A program made the position numbers and the translations under genes. From Halocafeteria seosinensis (lineage: Eukaryota): a DNA stretch of 51,490 nt. A model generated the notes under the pieces. The model worked only from the letters and a program-made list of their open reading frames with translations, had not been told where the DNA came from and did not search any database. The stretch is from NCBI GenBank assembly GCA_001687465.1, contig LVLI01000564.1, positions 1 through 51,490 of the forward strand, read 5' to 3'. Positions within the stretch are counted from its first letter, which is position 1, and every line of letters begins with the position of its first letter. Positions 30,907 to 43,621 of this stretch are shown one piece after another.

Positions 30907-30939
30907 CCTTCACACTCTTTGTGAAGGAACTGCTTCAAC
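30907..30939. promoter_or_regulatory. Inverted repeat upstream of TPR copy B
   Basis: CCTTCACA-ctctt-TGTGAAGG followed by aactgCTTCAAC. The repeat is seen directly; regulatory function is inferred. Confidence 0.45.
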
Positions 30940-31386
30940 AACTTGATAGCAAGCGTTTCTTTGCAGACTCCTTCCTCCCAAATCTGAGAAGAAATTCAAC
31001 TACCCCCTATCATAGAGTAGCTTAAAAGAGCACCTTTTGGCAGGAAGCTACGAACCCAATTCTATCGCAATTCGAAAAAGGCCACCCTTGTGAAGTTACC
31101 CACCCATGATGATACATACACCCCTATTGCACGCGTTCATAGAGTTGATTGAGCTCCAAATGTAGCTGATTCGCTCTTTTGACACGTGTCCCTTGTGTGA
31201 GTTGTACCTTTGCAAAATACGTGGGAGTTGTCAATGCGTTTAGGAGGTGTTTCTGGGAGCTTGAAGTGGACCTCGCACAGCCCAGGAGCATCGTTTCTAG
31301 TGTATTATACGGGTATACGTCCGTCCTGGAGTGTATCAACACCTCCACAGGGAGGAAATTGTGCTCCTCGCTTCTTCACTTCAGCT

Positions 31387-32626
31387 ATGTCGGCGTCATG
31401 TGGCGGTGACTCTGTCCAAGATAACGGCACTACGCCCATCCATCTCTACTCAAATCATGCCGAGGATACTCCAGAGCTCCAGAAGTTGACACAAGGACTC
31501 GCTGACACCCCTGTTGAGCGTCCATCAGACCATAGCCCTATCTCAAAATCGCAAATTGGTACGGTCAGAAATGGTGGTAGTGTTTGATGTGATTGTACGG
31601 GGCAGACGTGCTTTCCACAGGGCTATTTGATATCCAAAGATACTATGATACGCTTAACACTGAAAGCTTCGGAAGAAATTTGCTTTTCCAATCTGTTTCT
31701 AGCTCTACTCAAAAGATGATGCAAAAATATTTTCCTAACGGAGCTCCGTCTGGAACGATTTGGGTTGCGGAGCAGCAGACCCATGGAATAGGTGAGCAAG
31801 AGATGCATCATCGTTAACGAATGATCCTCACAACATGCAAGTTCCATCCTTCACCTACGCAGGAAGAGCGTCGAACTCATGGGTGTCAACTCCTGGTTGC
31901 CTAATGTTTTCATTTTCCGCTACGTTTCCTACCAGCCACGGTGCACAGCTCCCATTAATTCAACACTTAATATCTGTAGCTGCCGTGGCAGCGATCCGCG
32001 AGTTAGAGTGTGTGAAAGTAAGTGAAGAATGTATGACTTTAGTGTGAGCGCAACCGAACGAGTACGAATTGTTTCACCCGCTGGGATGACAGTCTTCTGG
32101 CATTGCAAACGAGATCCAAATCAAATGGCCCAATGATGTGTACGCCAACCAAAAACACAAAGTCGGTGGAATTATCTGCAGCAGCCAGCACAATGGGGAC
32201 TGTTTTACTGTGCTGACGGGAATGGGCATAAATGTTCGCAATGTTGACCCCTACATAGGAATAGCTGACTTAGTCGATCAGTCTTCTGCGGATGCTTTAT
32301 CCCCTGCTGAGTTGTTAGCGAGAATTATGAATTCCCTAGAACGCCGATGGCAGAGTTTTTGTCGGGACGGATTAGACTCCTTCCGCGATGAATATGAAAG
32401 CATGTGGCTACACAGTAAGCAGAGAGTGCTTTCACAGGCAGGAACTACCGGAAGTAACAGAAGCGACGCTAGACGAAGGAGTTTGGAGGAGAAACAACTG
32501 ACCATACTGCATTTGTCGGACACCGGCAGTCTCCTCGCCAAGGATGATAGCGGACAGTTGTATGACGTATACCCCGATGGTAACACGTTTGACTTTATGT
32601 CAGGTCTTATTCGACGAAAAATATAA
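31387..32626 (+). CDS. Biotin-protein ligase / holocarboxylase synthetase, 4 exons
   Basis: FGRNLL..SSTQ..VAEQQTHGIG|RASNSWVSTPGCLMFSF..IQIKWPNDVY..KVGGII..GMGINV..PDGNTFDFMSGLI. The pieces are separated by GT-AG introns near 31559, 31792 and 32018. Confidence 0.9.
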
Positions 32627-33029
32627 CCTATGGTTAACAGACCAACGAAGATAGCATGAATCATACGTAAAACTGATTAAGAATCGTTTCGGTTCCTGTA
32701 AGGAACAAGAGTTTCGAAGTACTGCAGGTGTAAGCATTGAAAATTTACCGATTGTCATATCTACATCCTCTATGTATGTGGCCATCCAGCTCCCAGCACC
32801 TGTAGTTACAGGCAGTAGGTAGTGTCGGAACGGAAGTTCAGCAACAAGCAACCGGACAAACTTTTATTGGACATATTTCATTCAGTCTCTGGCAGTCTGT
32901 GCATCGCTTGTGGAGACCGTATTGAGGGGAATCGGTAGTACGTGACATAGTCAATGATACAGTGTACTTATTGGATGGGAATGTTTGCGGGAAGTAGATG
33001 ATTCGGGGAGCCGAAAGGAACAGGACGAA

Positions 33030-36000
33030 ATGGAACGACTCAAATGTGAAGCTAATGACTATTTTCGTCGAAAAGACCCCAAAACAGCGCTTACACTCTA
33101 TGAAAAGGCCCTCACTGCCACGCCAGAGGAGGAGGGCGCTTCCTCCTCGGCGGCCGAGTTGGAAGTGGCCATCCTGTCGAACATGGCAGCGTGTTATTTG
33201 CAACTAGGTCAATCCCAGAAGTGTCTGGAGACATGCGATAAGATATTAAGCCATACAGAGGCGAATCAGTCTTCTCTGACTTTGAAGGCGTACTTTAGGA
33301 GAGCCAAAGTAAGTCTCGCTACCGCAGGGTTGCGCATCGTGGTGGGGAGAAATTATGTGCTGTTTTCGTTCACGGTGCAGGCTTACGCGGCTCTGGAGCA
33401 GCATAATAAGGCCTTGGCCGATGTTGGTAAAATTCTGGAGGTGGATCGACAGAACCAAGCTGCTCGAAAACTTGGATCTGAAATAATGGAGCAGATAAAC
33501 AAAAGCGAGAACGCTAGTGCAGAAAAGAGAGCAACTCGAGTGATGGAGCTCCTGGACCAGCTGGAATCCGAGCAGGATGAAGCAGCAACGACGAGTCTCT
33601 CAACACTTTATAGTCTACTAAGCGACAACTTATTTGCAGAAGAATTTGTCAAAGCTGACGGATTGAAATACATCGTTCGCAACGTGAAGAAATTGAAGAG
33701 TACCACTTTCGGAGCCATTTGGTATCGATTGATTACCGACTCTACGACTACCGCGAGGCAATATTGCATTGATTTCTTTCTTTCAGAAAAATTACATCAC
33801 ATAATTCTGGAGCAATTGGATGGTACGATGAGTGAGTCATTTGCGCGCGTTCTCAGTATTTTTTCTGAGGAATTCATTCGTAAAAAGGTCACCGCCCTAC
33901 CAAGAGAGCAACTAACGACGATTATACAGAAAACTGCGCAAGCAATTCGCATCCTCTTGACAATATCACAGCCTATTCAATCAGAGGTCGTCGTACTAAG
34001 GGCGTGCGCGTCTCTTAGTGCTTCGAAGGAGAGCTACGATGCTCTTTTGGAAAAGTCCATCCTTAGATGGTGTTACAATGCCTTTAGCACTTCCGGAGAC
34101 AACGATTTGGAAAGCCAGAAAGTGGAAGAAAGAAGGAGCTGTTGTACGATGGTGTTCGCTGGTATATTCCAGCAGCTTTGGAATCCGTCTACTCCCGGTG
34201 GATCGGCTCAAGAAATCCGGGGGATAATTTTGGGGTTATTGCAACGCTGTTTGGATCATATGGGAGGCAATTTGTGTCAACTAGCGAAGAATGAAGAACG
34301 AAAGGCGATTGAGGAATTAAGGAAATCGAAAAGCAAGTCGGAGGACTCTGATCAGCAGGAGTCTGAAGAAGCCAGTCCGGAGGGTAAACCAGAAGTTGTC
34401 GAAGCAGAGCGAGTCGCACAATTGTTGCATGTACTTACAATGGTACGAAAGGAAACAGCGGCGTCATTTTTACAAAGACGATCATCAATGTGTGTTATTG
34501 AGGCTTTGCTAGCATGCCCATCAACGACAGCACAAAGTGCCGCATGTGAGTTTCTGGCTGACTTAGCCGCTGATGAAGAAGGCAAATCTGTCTTAAACAA
34601 AAATATAGTCAATCTCCTGGCAACATTGTCTTCTCAAGAATCGCTGAGTGTAAGCAGTGCTGCTTCTGTTGCACTGGCAAGGATAACAACTGTGGAATAC
34701 GGGCAAGGTCCTGGTGTCTCAGCATTATCACATGTCAGACAGAGTGGCGAGAACGGTGATCCGCGTTCCGAGTTTGAAAAGGCGAAGAGCGAAAAGCAGT
34801 CACAAGGTAAAGAAGCCTTGGTAGCAGTATACCATTCTCTGGCAGACTTGCTTCAGAACGCGACGGAGGAATGGAGATCATCAAAATCTAGGGTAGGCAC
34901 GAAAGCATCTTTAGGACGGTGCATTGGTCGAGCTGTTGAAGGACTGAGTAGTATAATCTCAAGGACACCTGTTAAGAACGAGTTAATTCAAGACCTTGAG
35001 ACTCTAGGAACGTTCTTTGATCTCGCCGAAATGACTTTATTGTCACAGAACGATTCTTCCAACGAGGACACGACAACTCTGAATAGCATTGGAGGTCTGC
35101 CTACCTTGCTTGGGTTTGCGTTTACATTTTATGCTTTGACTATCTCAGTACATCGTCAACGTCGCGAGCATTTACAAAACATGGATGTCGATCCAGAACA
35201 ATGGGAGGAACTGAAACGATTAACAATGTCATCGGGAAAAGACGAAGACACTGAGGACGATCCTCCCGAAAAAGTGAATACGCGAATACGCGAGGTAACG
35301 AAGCGAGGGTGTGTTCGTATCGTAGGGCGGATTTACGATAGTTTAGAAGCGTTACAGTATTCTGATCAACCAACCAAGAATCATCTGTGTAAAGAGCTAT
35401 TGTCAATGTGTCTATGCAATCTGGTGGAACCATTTCCAAGTGAGCTGGAGACTCAGCGAGGGGAGTGCATACAGCAAGGGTGTGTTCCTATGCTAGTAAG
35501 ATTAGTGAAGGATGAAGGGAACTCTAGCAAAGGGGTTTTTTCAGCCTGCCAAGGCTTAGCGAAGCTCTGTATTACGACAAACCCATCGCTGTTTTCTTCG
35601 ACCCAACAAGAAGATTTATTGTATTGCCTGCTGCAGCTTACTGAGTCCAACGACCAGCTACAGCAGTTTGAGGCTTGTACTGCGTTGACAAATCTTGCTT
35701 CGCTCGGTCCAGATCTTCAAAGCAAGCTAACAAACGCCAAGGGACTAACCAGATTGGAAGACTGCCAGTTCGAAGACCATACCATGGTGCGGCGGGCAGC
35801 CACCGAGTGTATAACAAATCTAGCAACTCAAGAGGAAGCGAGGAAACTGATTGCTCAAAAGAGGCCGATTCTATGGGTAGCTCTTCTCAAGTCGTTCGTG
35901 GATGATGTGCAGACTTGCCGAGCCGCGTGTGGAGCTGTGGCCATGGCCACCATGGGGGTTGATAACGATGAAGATACACTTTCAGGCATAAATTACACTC

Positions 36001-36398
36001 CGCACCAGGCTGTACGAGATCTTTTGGAGCAAAATGTAGTCGGTGGCCTTGTTCATTCTCTTTTATCTGGAGATGAACAAATTCAACATCGAGCACTCAC
36101 CGCTTTAAACAACGTAGCACAGTTGAAGAAGGGTAAAGAAGCAATAGCAACCCCTGCGAAGATAGACACGGCTGCCTTCGAAACTGCGGACGAGGAAAAA
36201 GAGGAGGAAATTGCAAATCAGGAATATGAAGTCTCCGCTATTGCTCTTTGTACTCTTGCTTCTGAAGGAAAACCTCTGCCGCACTATTTTGCTGGTGAAG
36301 CAACGTCTACGGAGACGCTGCCGGACTACTTGCGAGAGCTTGCTCAGTCGGTGGTCGATTTGGTTTTAAATCAGCGGAGAGCAGGGGCACAGAGCTAG
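33030..36398 (+). CDS. UNC45: UNC-45-like myosin chaperone (TPR + central + UCS domain); one in-frame intron 33309-33380
   Basis: N-terminal TPRs (LKCEANDYFR, ILSNMAACYLQLG, KAYFRRAK|AY) and UCS motifs RGECIQQG, ACQGLAKLCITTNP, QFEACTALTNLAS and EDHTMVRRAATECITNL. The start may lie slightly upstream. Confidence 0.9.
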   Translation: MERLKCEANDYFRRKDPKTALTLYEKALTATPEEEGASSSAAELEVAILSNMAACYLQLGQSQKCLETCDKILSHTEANQSSLTLKAYFRRAKVSLATAGLRIVVGRNYVLFSFTVQAYAALEQHNKALADVGKILEVDRQNQAARKLGSEIMEQINKSENASAEKRATRVMELLDQLESEQDEAATTSLSTLYSLLSDNLFAEEFVKADGLKYIVRNVKKLKSTTFGAIWYRLITDSTTTARQYCIDFFLSEKLHHIILEQLDGTMSESFARVLSIFSEEFIRKKVTALPREQLTTIIQKTAQAIRILLTISQPIQSEVVVLRACASLSASKESYDALLEKSILRWCYNAFSTSGDNDLESQKVEERRSCCTMVFAGIFQQLWNPSTPGGSAQEIRGIILGLLQRCLDHMGGNLCQLAKNEERKAIEELRKSKSKSEDSDQQESEEASPEGKPEVVEAERVAQLLHVLTMVRKETAASFLQRRSSMCVIEALLACPSTTAQSAACEFLADLAADEEGKSVLNKNIVNLLATLSSQESLSVSSAASVALARITTVEYGQGPGVSALSHVRQSGENGDPRSEFEKAKSEKQSQGKEALVAVYHSLADLLQNATEEWRSSKSRVGTKASLGRCIGRAVEGLSSIISRTPVKNELIQDLETLGTFFDLAEMTLLSQNDSSNEDTTTLNSIGGLPTLLGFAFTFYALTISVHRQRREHLQNMDVDPEQWEELKRLTMSSGKDEDTEDDPPEKVNTRIREVTKRGCVRIVGRIYDSLEALQYSDQPTKNHLCKELLSMCLCNLVEPFPSELETQRGECIQQGCVPMLVRLVKDEGNSSKGVFSACQGLAKLCITTNPSLFSSTQQEDLLYCLLQLTESNDQLQQFEACTALTNLASLGPDLQSKLTNAKGLTRLEDCQFEDHTMVRRAATECITNLATQEEARKLIAQKRPILWVALLKSFVDDVQTCRAACGAVAMATMGVDNDEDTLSGINYTPHQAVRDLLEQNVVGGLVHSLLSGDEQIQHRALTALNNVAQLKKGKEAIATPAKIDTAAFETADEEKEEEIANQEYEVSAIALCTLASEGKPLPHYFAGEATSTETLPDYLRELAQSVVDLVLNQRRAGAQS

Positions 36399-37219
36399 CA
36401 AGTCTTTTTTGCCTACGCAAATTGGTAGTGTTGTTGTTCATACGCAGCAAGACGGACTCTTGGACTACGTCCTCCACGAAGTTGGTGGATACTTCAGCAC
36501 CCAAACTCTCGAATTCGCTTGAAAATCCTCGGGACTAGAAGTTCCAAAGCCTCGACGCTTGATCGCACATATACAGTATAATTATGGCAAAGTCCACACA
36601 ACAGCACCGATTGATAAATACTAAAACCTGTTTCGGTCTAGTGATGCTGGTATTATGCGGATGTGTTTACACATCTATATTCTTCCTGCCCATAGATCTA
36701 CACCCATAGATAGTGAGAGCAAGCTTTACTCCTGAAAAATATGATCGATGTGGCCAGTGCAATCTTGTACTGTTGGTCTTTCGCTTCCTGTCGTTGCGGC
36801 GCAGGCTAGTGCGACGGTCCTGCGACCAAACCACACCTGTTGAGTCGCAACTTATCCAGAATGCTCGGTCCACGCTCTCACTGGAGGCATGGTTTCTATG
36901 TGTCCTCAGGAGCAGAATACATACTTTGATAATGATTGATACATCCAGGAAATACGAGTTTTCGGTCCTGTGAACTTGGCAGGAACTTGTCCGTTAGCTG
37001 AGAATCGAGTGTTTAACCCGCAGTTTTTGGCGCGTTCATCTCACATTGCTTTCCGTGCACGGTTCATTGCACTTTTTTTCAGCAGGAGACGAGGCGAGTA
37101 TACAATTAATAGTAACTGGGTTGTGGAGGGACGACATGGTGGAACTGTCCTTGTCGTAATCGACTTGCGCAATCTCTCTTTTGGCTTAGTAGCGGTTGAG
37201 GAACGCGGTCTTCAGAACC

Positions 37220-40200
37220 ATGGGGAATAATAACGAGCCCGATGAATTCGAAGCGGGGATGGGAGGCCTGAGGCCTCCGGCATTGAACGAGCCTCCCCCG
37301 TTGGAAATTGTGCAGCGAGAGCGAGCGAGAGAGAAAACTACATCTAAACGTCGCCAGAGACGGACGAGCGCTCGTCAGTCCCGAAGTAGAGGGTACATGG
37401 ACGAACGTCAGCGGCAGAAAAACCCCTACAGTGATGGTCCTCGTCCGAAAAGCAAGAGTACGAGACGTAAAGCTGGGGATCAAGTGGGAAACCAGGCCCA
37501 TCGGAGGCGAGCGAAATTGCAACCTGGCTCGCAACAGGCCATCACCTCTCCCATGAAGACGAATAAAATGCCCAAAATGCACACAAAGAACCGATATGAG
37601 TCTGATGAAGAACGTGAGGGAGCATCTTCTCCCGACGAGGTGCCCGATTACGCCGATGAATTTGGTCACTCTGGTACCCGCCGAACGGAACGCCAGAGAT
37701 TCCCGAGCACTGCTAAAGCCTCGCGACGAAAAAAGACCGCCAATACAAGTGCCGGTACATCAGACAGTGAACATGTACCAGTTCGTACCATTCAAACAGC
37801 AGATGGTCATAGGGGACGTCGTTGCGAATATAGCGAGCCTGAAGATGACCGTGGTGCTGCTAGTAGTACGAGGCTGTCCCATCAAAAAACAGGGGCAACC
37901 CGAGGAGACTCCACCAAATCGGATGGCGTAAGGAGGAGAGTGCAAACCGCAGAAGGATATAGACGCACCTCCGAACGCAGTGAATCCGACTATACAGAAT
38001 CAGAAGAAAGATTCCCACAAGAGCAGAGAGACCAAACCCAATCACACCGTCGTCATTCGGACGCAGATGGCTGGGTTGAGTCGCGCAGGAGTGAGACCCC
38101 TCAACGCAGAGTGCAAACGTCGCAAGCCAGAACTAAAAGCTCGCAGCAATCTGAATCAGTTCCAAATCTTCCAGAATTGAACAACCACTATGAATCACGA
38201 GGAAGCGGTGAGAAACCTAACGCTTGGACCGATGAATGGAATAAAGGGGAAGCATCCAGGGCGAGGGGGGTGTCCCGCCAGGCTAGGTCGTTCTCTGCGC
38301 AGAAGTCCAGCGGTAGGAGGCATTCAACAGGACGCAAGAGTTCAAAGCCTGTCGTTAAGAAGATTGCTGGATATGTACCCCCCACCGACAGCAGCGTCAT
38401 TCGCCAAGAGTATCTGGACGAAGCGAAGCGGATAATGCAAGATGAAGAAGAGTTGAGGCAACTGCTGGAGGATCATATTATTCAAGAGGCCGCCGAGCAA
38501 TTGGGGATCGATCTGGAGCGCATGAAACCGTTAGAAGAACATGTGTTCCGCAACACACCTGCGACTCCACGGGAAACAGTGCAAATGCGCCATCATCACT
38601 ACGATAACGAAAGAGAACGTCAATTAGGATTAATACTGTCTCAACGTGATTCTGCCTACCAAGAAAATTTAGAACTGCGTAAACAGAAGCAAAGAATTCA
38701 AGATGCAGTTGTAAGTGGCTAGTTGGATCGTTGTGGGACTCTTCTGCTGCGTTATCTCATGACATTTATCTTACCATCTGCAGAAGGAAAACCTAGAATA
38801 CAATATAGAAACAGAAGAGAAGCGCCTAGAACGCGCTAGACAGAAACGGGAGAAAGTCCGTCGAGTGATTCGCGAAGACAACAGTAGACTGCGGGCTCGC
38901 AAGGACGAGTTCGCACGGCAGCAACAGGAGCTAGAGGAGAAGCGACAGCGAGAACAACGGGAGAAGGAAGAAGAAGATAGAAGGCACAAACAAATGCTGA
39001 AAGAGAAAGAAGAGGAAAGAAAGATGGTAAAGAAACGAGCCGAGGAAAAGGAAGCCGCGAGACTCCAAGCAGCTTTGGATGAGATCAGACGGCAACAAGA
39101 AAAAGAACGCGAACAGGAAGCAGAGCGGGAGCGCCAGCGACAAGAGGAGGCTAAGCGGAAACTGGAGAAAAAGTTGGAAGAGGAACGGAAGCGTCAAGAG
39201 CATGAACATAATCTCTTAGAGAAGCGGAACAGAATGTTGGAGGAATACAAAGAGAAAGAGCGTAGGATTCAACAGCAAAAAGAAGAGCAGGCGAGAGAGC
39301 GACAGCGCAGAAAGGAACAGCGATGGATGCAAATGGCGACCAAGCACGAAGATGCTCAGAGGATGATGCGTGAAAAGGAGCATCGCAAGCGTATCGAGTT
39401 TGAGAAAGAACACCTAGCGGACAAGCGGATCGATGCTATCAAGCAAATGAAACGCGCATTTGCGAAGGAGCGTCAAGAGCAGGTTAGTGCGGAACAAAAG
39501 AAAGAAGACGAATGGAGAAGGAATGTTGTTATTGAGAAGCACATGACCCCTGGACCGTTGGACTACCGCCTCAAAACCCTGGCAGACGAATTGCCTGGAG
39601 GAAGATGGGGAGAAGGAGAAGTTCCTCGTTTGACAGAACAGGTAGAACACGAAGCAAAACAGAAACCTGGTCCTGGGCAACATAACCAGGACGAGCGCGG
39701 AGTTAGGCCTGCAACTCACGGTGGTTACATCTCGACCCATAAAGGCGGTGGTTACGCAGATATCGCATCCAAGAATGGTACAGAAAAGCCAGGTACGATG
39801 CGGACATTTTGCAATTTCGCTATTGCTCACGTTTCACCTCCTTCGTGTGGCGAGTGCAGGTCCTACTGATTATGACCCAAAAGATTCTGCAGTATCTCAA
39901 TTTGTTTACGGAAAGGGCAGCGTTAGTTTGAGTTTCAGAGGGGTAAACAACCATCTCAAGACGGTAGAGTATCAAGCCGCTAGGTCACCGGTACGTGCTA
40001 CTGTAACGCGAAAGTGGTTTGCAAGATCGTTAATTCATATCCAATACCTGTAATGAATTCAGGGACCGGGAGACCATAATTCTCCTTCATGGTCGACCCA
40101 GAATATGAAAACAATTCGTAATGCTCCCTCTGTGGATCGACTAAAGGAAGAGCTCAACAAGGGTCTCATACCGACAGTGGTGCCGGATGGCTTCGGTGGC

Positions 40201-40950
40201 ACTATTGTCAGTGGAATTGATCCAAACAAAGGGGATGTTGATCCAGACACTTCGCTTAAGTCTGTGTTGTCGAGGTCGCAGCGTAGTTATCACCGCATTG
40301 GTGGAAGCCCAGTGCAGTCAAGCCGCCTAAGTAGTCGCCAAACCTCGAGCAGAGGCTCCATTCGAAGCTCGTCCCGCGAACACGTTGAGCGATACTCTCC
40401 TGTTTCGTCGCAACGACCTGAGGGCTCTCGGGGTACGCAGAGATCTGAGGACGGAGCAGAGAGATCTGATAGGAAAAGTGACGAGTCAGAGAAGAAAGAA
40501 CTTTCATTTTCGAACGCAGGAGATGAAGTGTTCCAAGGAGAAAAAGCGACTGACAAGATCGGACAAACCAGTACCGATGGCAAAGTTTCTGGCACTGCTG
40601 CTGCAGATGCTGAGGTGGTTGAAGAAAGTCAAGATGCTGAAGCGGTACGAGCGACTATGGATGTTGAGAGCAAAGAAATGGATACAGAAGCTCATGACGC
40701 CAACATGGAGGAGAGCGGCGCAAGCCCTGTGTCGGAAGAGAATGAGGTAGATAGCAATGCTCGTGAGTCAGGTTCCCGAAGTGACAATGAATCGGAGAAG
40801 CAGCGGCAGGAAATAGAAGAAGTTTCAGACGGAAAGTTTGAAAAAGACGAGGAAAATGTTGCAGATGACAGCCAACACGGTGGCGTAGATCGTGGTGATT
40901 CTTGGACGAACGATGCCTCAACTGGTGAAAACCATGTAGCAGAGACGTAA
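37220..40950 (+). CDS. Large disordered/coiled-coil protein with PGP(G)x(Y/H) (SHIPPO/STPG-like) repeats, possibly flagellar; exons ~37220-38710, 38784-39792, 39860-39990, 40063-40950
   Basis: Three track ORFs and one short exon join through GT-AG introns. It has an E/K/R-rich coil and the motifs TPGPLDY, KPGPGQH, KPGPTDY and SPGPGDH. Confidence 0.7.
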
Positions 40951-41044
40951 TTCAAAGAGTGTTAGCAGAAAGACGAATAAAACGAAAACCAAATAGTTTG
41001 GGTTGTTTGGTACAAGTTGTACATTTTTGAATGTGGGCCTATGC

Positions 41045-42661
41045 CTACAACGTGGAAATTTCTCCCAAGTAAATCTGTTTGTCTGTACCGCATGAAGCAA
41101 TAATTGGTTCCTTTGGATGGAAGGACATTTCCGTCACAGTTCCGTCGTGTCCCGGTAGAGCGTATTCAACCCTGCCCGTATCAGTTCTCCATATGTACGC
41201 TATTCGATCTGAACTGCCTGCAGCTACGCGTTCTCCGTCTCCCGACCATCCACATTTTAACAAAAGCTTCTCGAAATTATGCTGATGTCCGGAGTAGATC
41301 ATATGACAACGTTTATTCTCATCTTTTACATATGGGCGAACGTCCCATTGCCGAAGCGACTGGTCTACTGAGTTGGATAATAAGAAGTTGCCCGTGGGGC
41401 TCAACGATAGTCCCGTGATCATGTCACTGTGCCCTGGCAGGCTCCGAATGCACTTCCCCTGTGATATATCCCACTGATGAATGTCGTTATCAATTCCTCC
41501 AGAGAAAACAGAGGTTGCATCGTCGTTAAATGCAACACTAGTCACAGGAAATCTTGCATTGAATGTGTGTATTGATCCTCGCTGGCGCGTGTCCCATAAC
41601 TTCACTGTTCCATCGTCTGACCCTGATGCAAGTAAGTTGGGTCCCTTGCGTACGACAGACACGCTGTTGACGATCATGTCGTGCTCATTAAAAGTTTTGA
41701 TTCTTTTCGCCATTTCTATATCCCAAAATCCCACTGTTTTATCCGCAGATGCGGTCCCAATACTGCAGAAAATAGTGGCCGCAAAAATCAACTCCTCGAA
41801 ATAGAGACAGGCATGTAACATGAGCCAACGTACTATATTGAGTCAGCGGACCACTGCAAGTCCAGTACGGCATTTTTATGCCCTCTCAATACGCCATAGT
41901 TTTCGTTCTCTCCGTATACATTCCATAAAACTGCAAGCCGTGGGAACTGCGTCAACAGCATCCTTCACGACATTCTCACCCATCGTGCGTACGTACATAT
42001 CGTTTTATCTTTGCCACTGGACGCCAAGCTTTGTCCATTCGGAGAAAATTTGTTTGTATAAATTTGGTCCTGTGTAACAAACATACAGTTTAACTCTACA
42101 AACAAATACTCAGGGGCAGCGGAGACCATTGCTACGTACGCCATGGCCGGCAAGCAGTCTAATCGGGGAAAGAAGTCTTGACGTCCGATTTTCTCCCTGC
42201 AGCATCCAGTGCCAGAAAGTACACAAAGCAATCAAGGTGAGTAAACAAGTAGCAGTATGGTGCCACTTTGATGTCCACTCTGATGTTTACGAGGGAAAAA
42301 CAGAAGAATGACATACCGGTCCTGATTCGGGCTTAATGACAATGGTATTGTTACTGTTTGCGCCACCTCCTGAAGAGCTGTTATCGACTGAAATGAGCTG
42401 CTGTCCTTGTCCTTGATGGCTTTGAGCTTGTTGGGACTCCTTTCCAGCATCTTTTTCCTCCGATGGCTCCTGTATGCGCACTCGTTTCGCCGGGGACGTC
42501 ATACTTTGTCCTTCCCCTTGGTCTTGAGAACGTTTCTGAGCCGGCTGTGAGCTCGAAGATGCCTCACCATGGGACGCATTATCGCCGGTAGTAGAGGTAT
42601 CTTGGCTCTCCTCCTGACTCGGCGAGGTCGGGGCCGTTCTCTTTCGACGGGTTGTAACCAT
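41045..42661 (-). CDS. SNRNP40: U5 snRNP 40 kDa WD40 protein, multi-exon, with a disordered N-terminal extension
   Basis: RTSRLLSPIRLLAGH, KFSPNGQSLASSG, GENENYGVLRGHKNAVL, TASADKTVGFWD, SGSDDGTVKLWD, HNFEKLLLKCGWS and FHPKEPIIASCGTDKQIYLGEI. Confidence 0.9.
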
Positions 42662-42926
42662 TTTCTGGGACCTACTACCGCACAATTAGTTTCTAAAAGA
42701 CATAATGTTCGTAATAAACCTACTATATGGTGCATCTATCGGCATGAAAGCCATCATACACCAAGCTCTGGCATATGCAACAATCATTTCGTTCACTAAT
42801 CACATGAGCATTTCATTTGTATCCCTTCCACACCACGATCCTTCATTAACCTTGCCGACACCTGGTATTGGTCGATAATTTCGTCTTGTGTCACTCAGAG
42901 TAGCTTCGAGAGGAAAGTTGGGGAAA

Positions 42927-43548
42927 ATGACAGAGGAAAAGGAGGAATCGTTCTGGTCGTCGGACTGTCAGAGCAGGCTTCAGGACCGTGTAGATAGTGT
43001 TATGGACACATTGGTGTCTACTGTGCCCGATTTTGTGACCACAGAGCAGGTTGTTGTACGTATTGTTAGCCTTCAGTGTGCCTGGGAGTGCTCTAATACA
43101 GGTTGAGGGTCTCTGAGACATGCAGGATCATATTGCAGCAGCCCATCCTTTTGGAGCTATACTACCAAATCATGCCACAAAGCGCGTTTTAGATGAAAAT
43201 GGACGTCCTATAAGCACTGATAAACTTTTTACACAGGTGGAACACCTCGAGCGACACGGCAGCCGGGAAATTGGAGCCACAACGGAAACGAAAACGTTGG
43301 CATGGTGGGGTATACGAGATGATAATACTCCCGAGGAGAGCTTAAAAGCACGAGATACAGTGAATATTAGCACCACACATAATACGCCGAAACAGGAAAC
43401 CGAACGAAGCGGTGATAGAGATACACACAAGAGCGGTGGTAGGCATTCGTCCCGCACGAACAACGACAGGAAGCGAGAGAGCCATCGGCATCACCACCAC
43501 CACCATCATCGCCGCAGCACAGATCATCCAGACAGAGAGAGAAGATAG
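42927..43548 (+). CDS. Small hypothetical protein with a basic/His-rich tail; probable intron 43056-43125
   Basis: ATG 42927; a GTACGT donor and a TGCAG acceptor join two track ORFs in frame. No family recognised. Confidence 0.55.
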
Positions 43549-43621
43549 TATATTCCATTCGAAATTATTGGAAACCAAAGTACATGCACGCGTGCATCCA
43601 GAAGAGGGTTTACATACAGTC

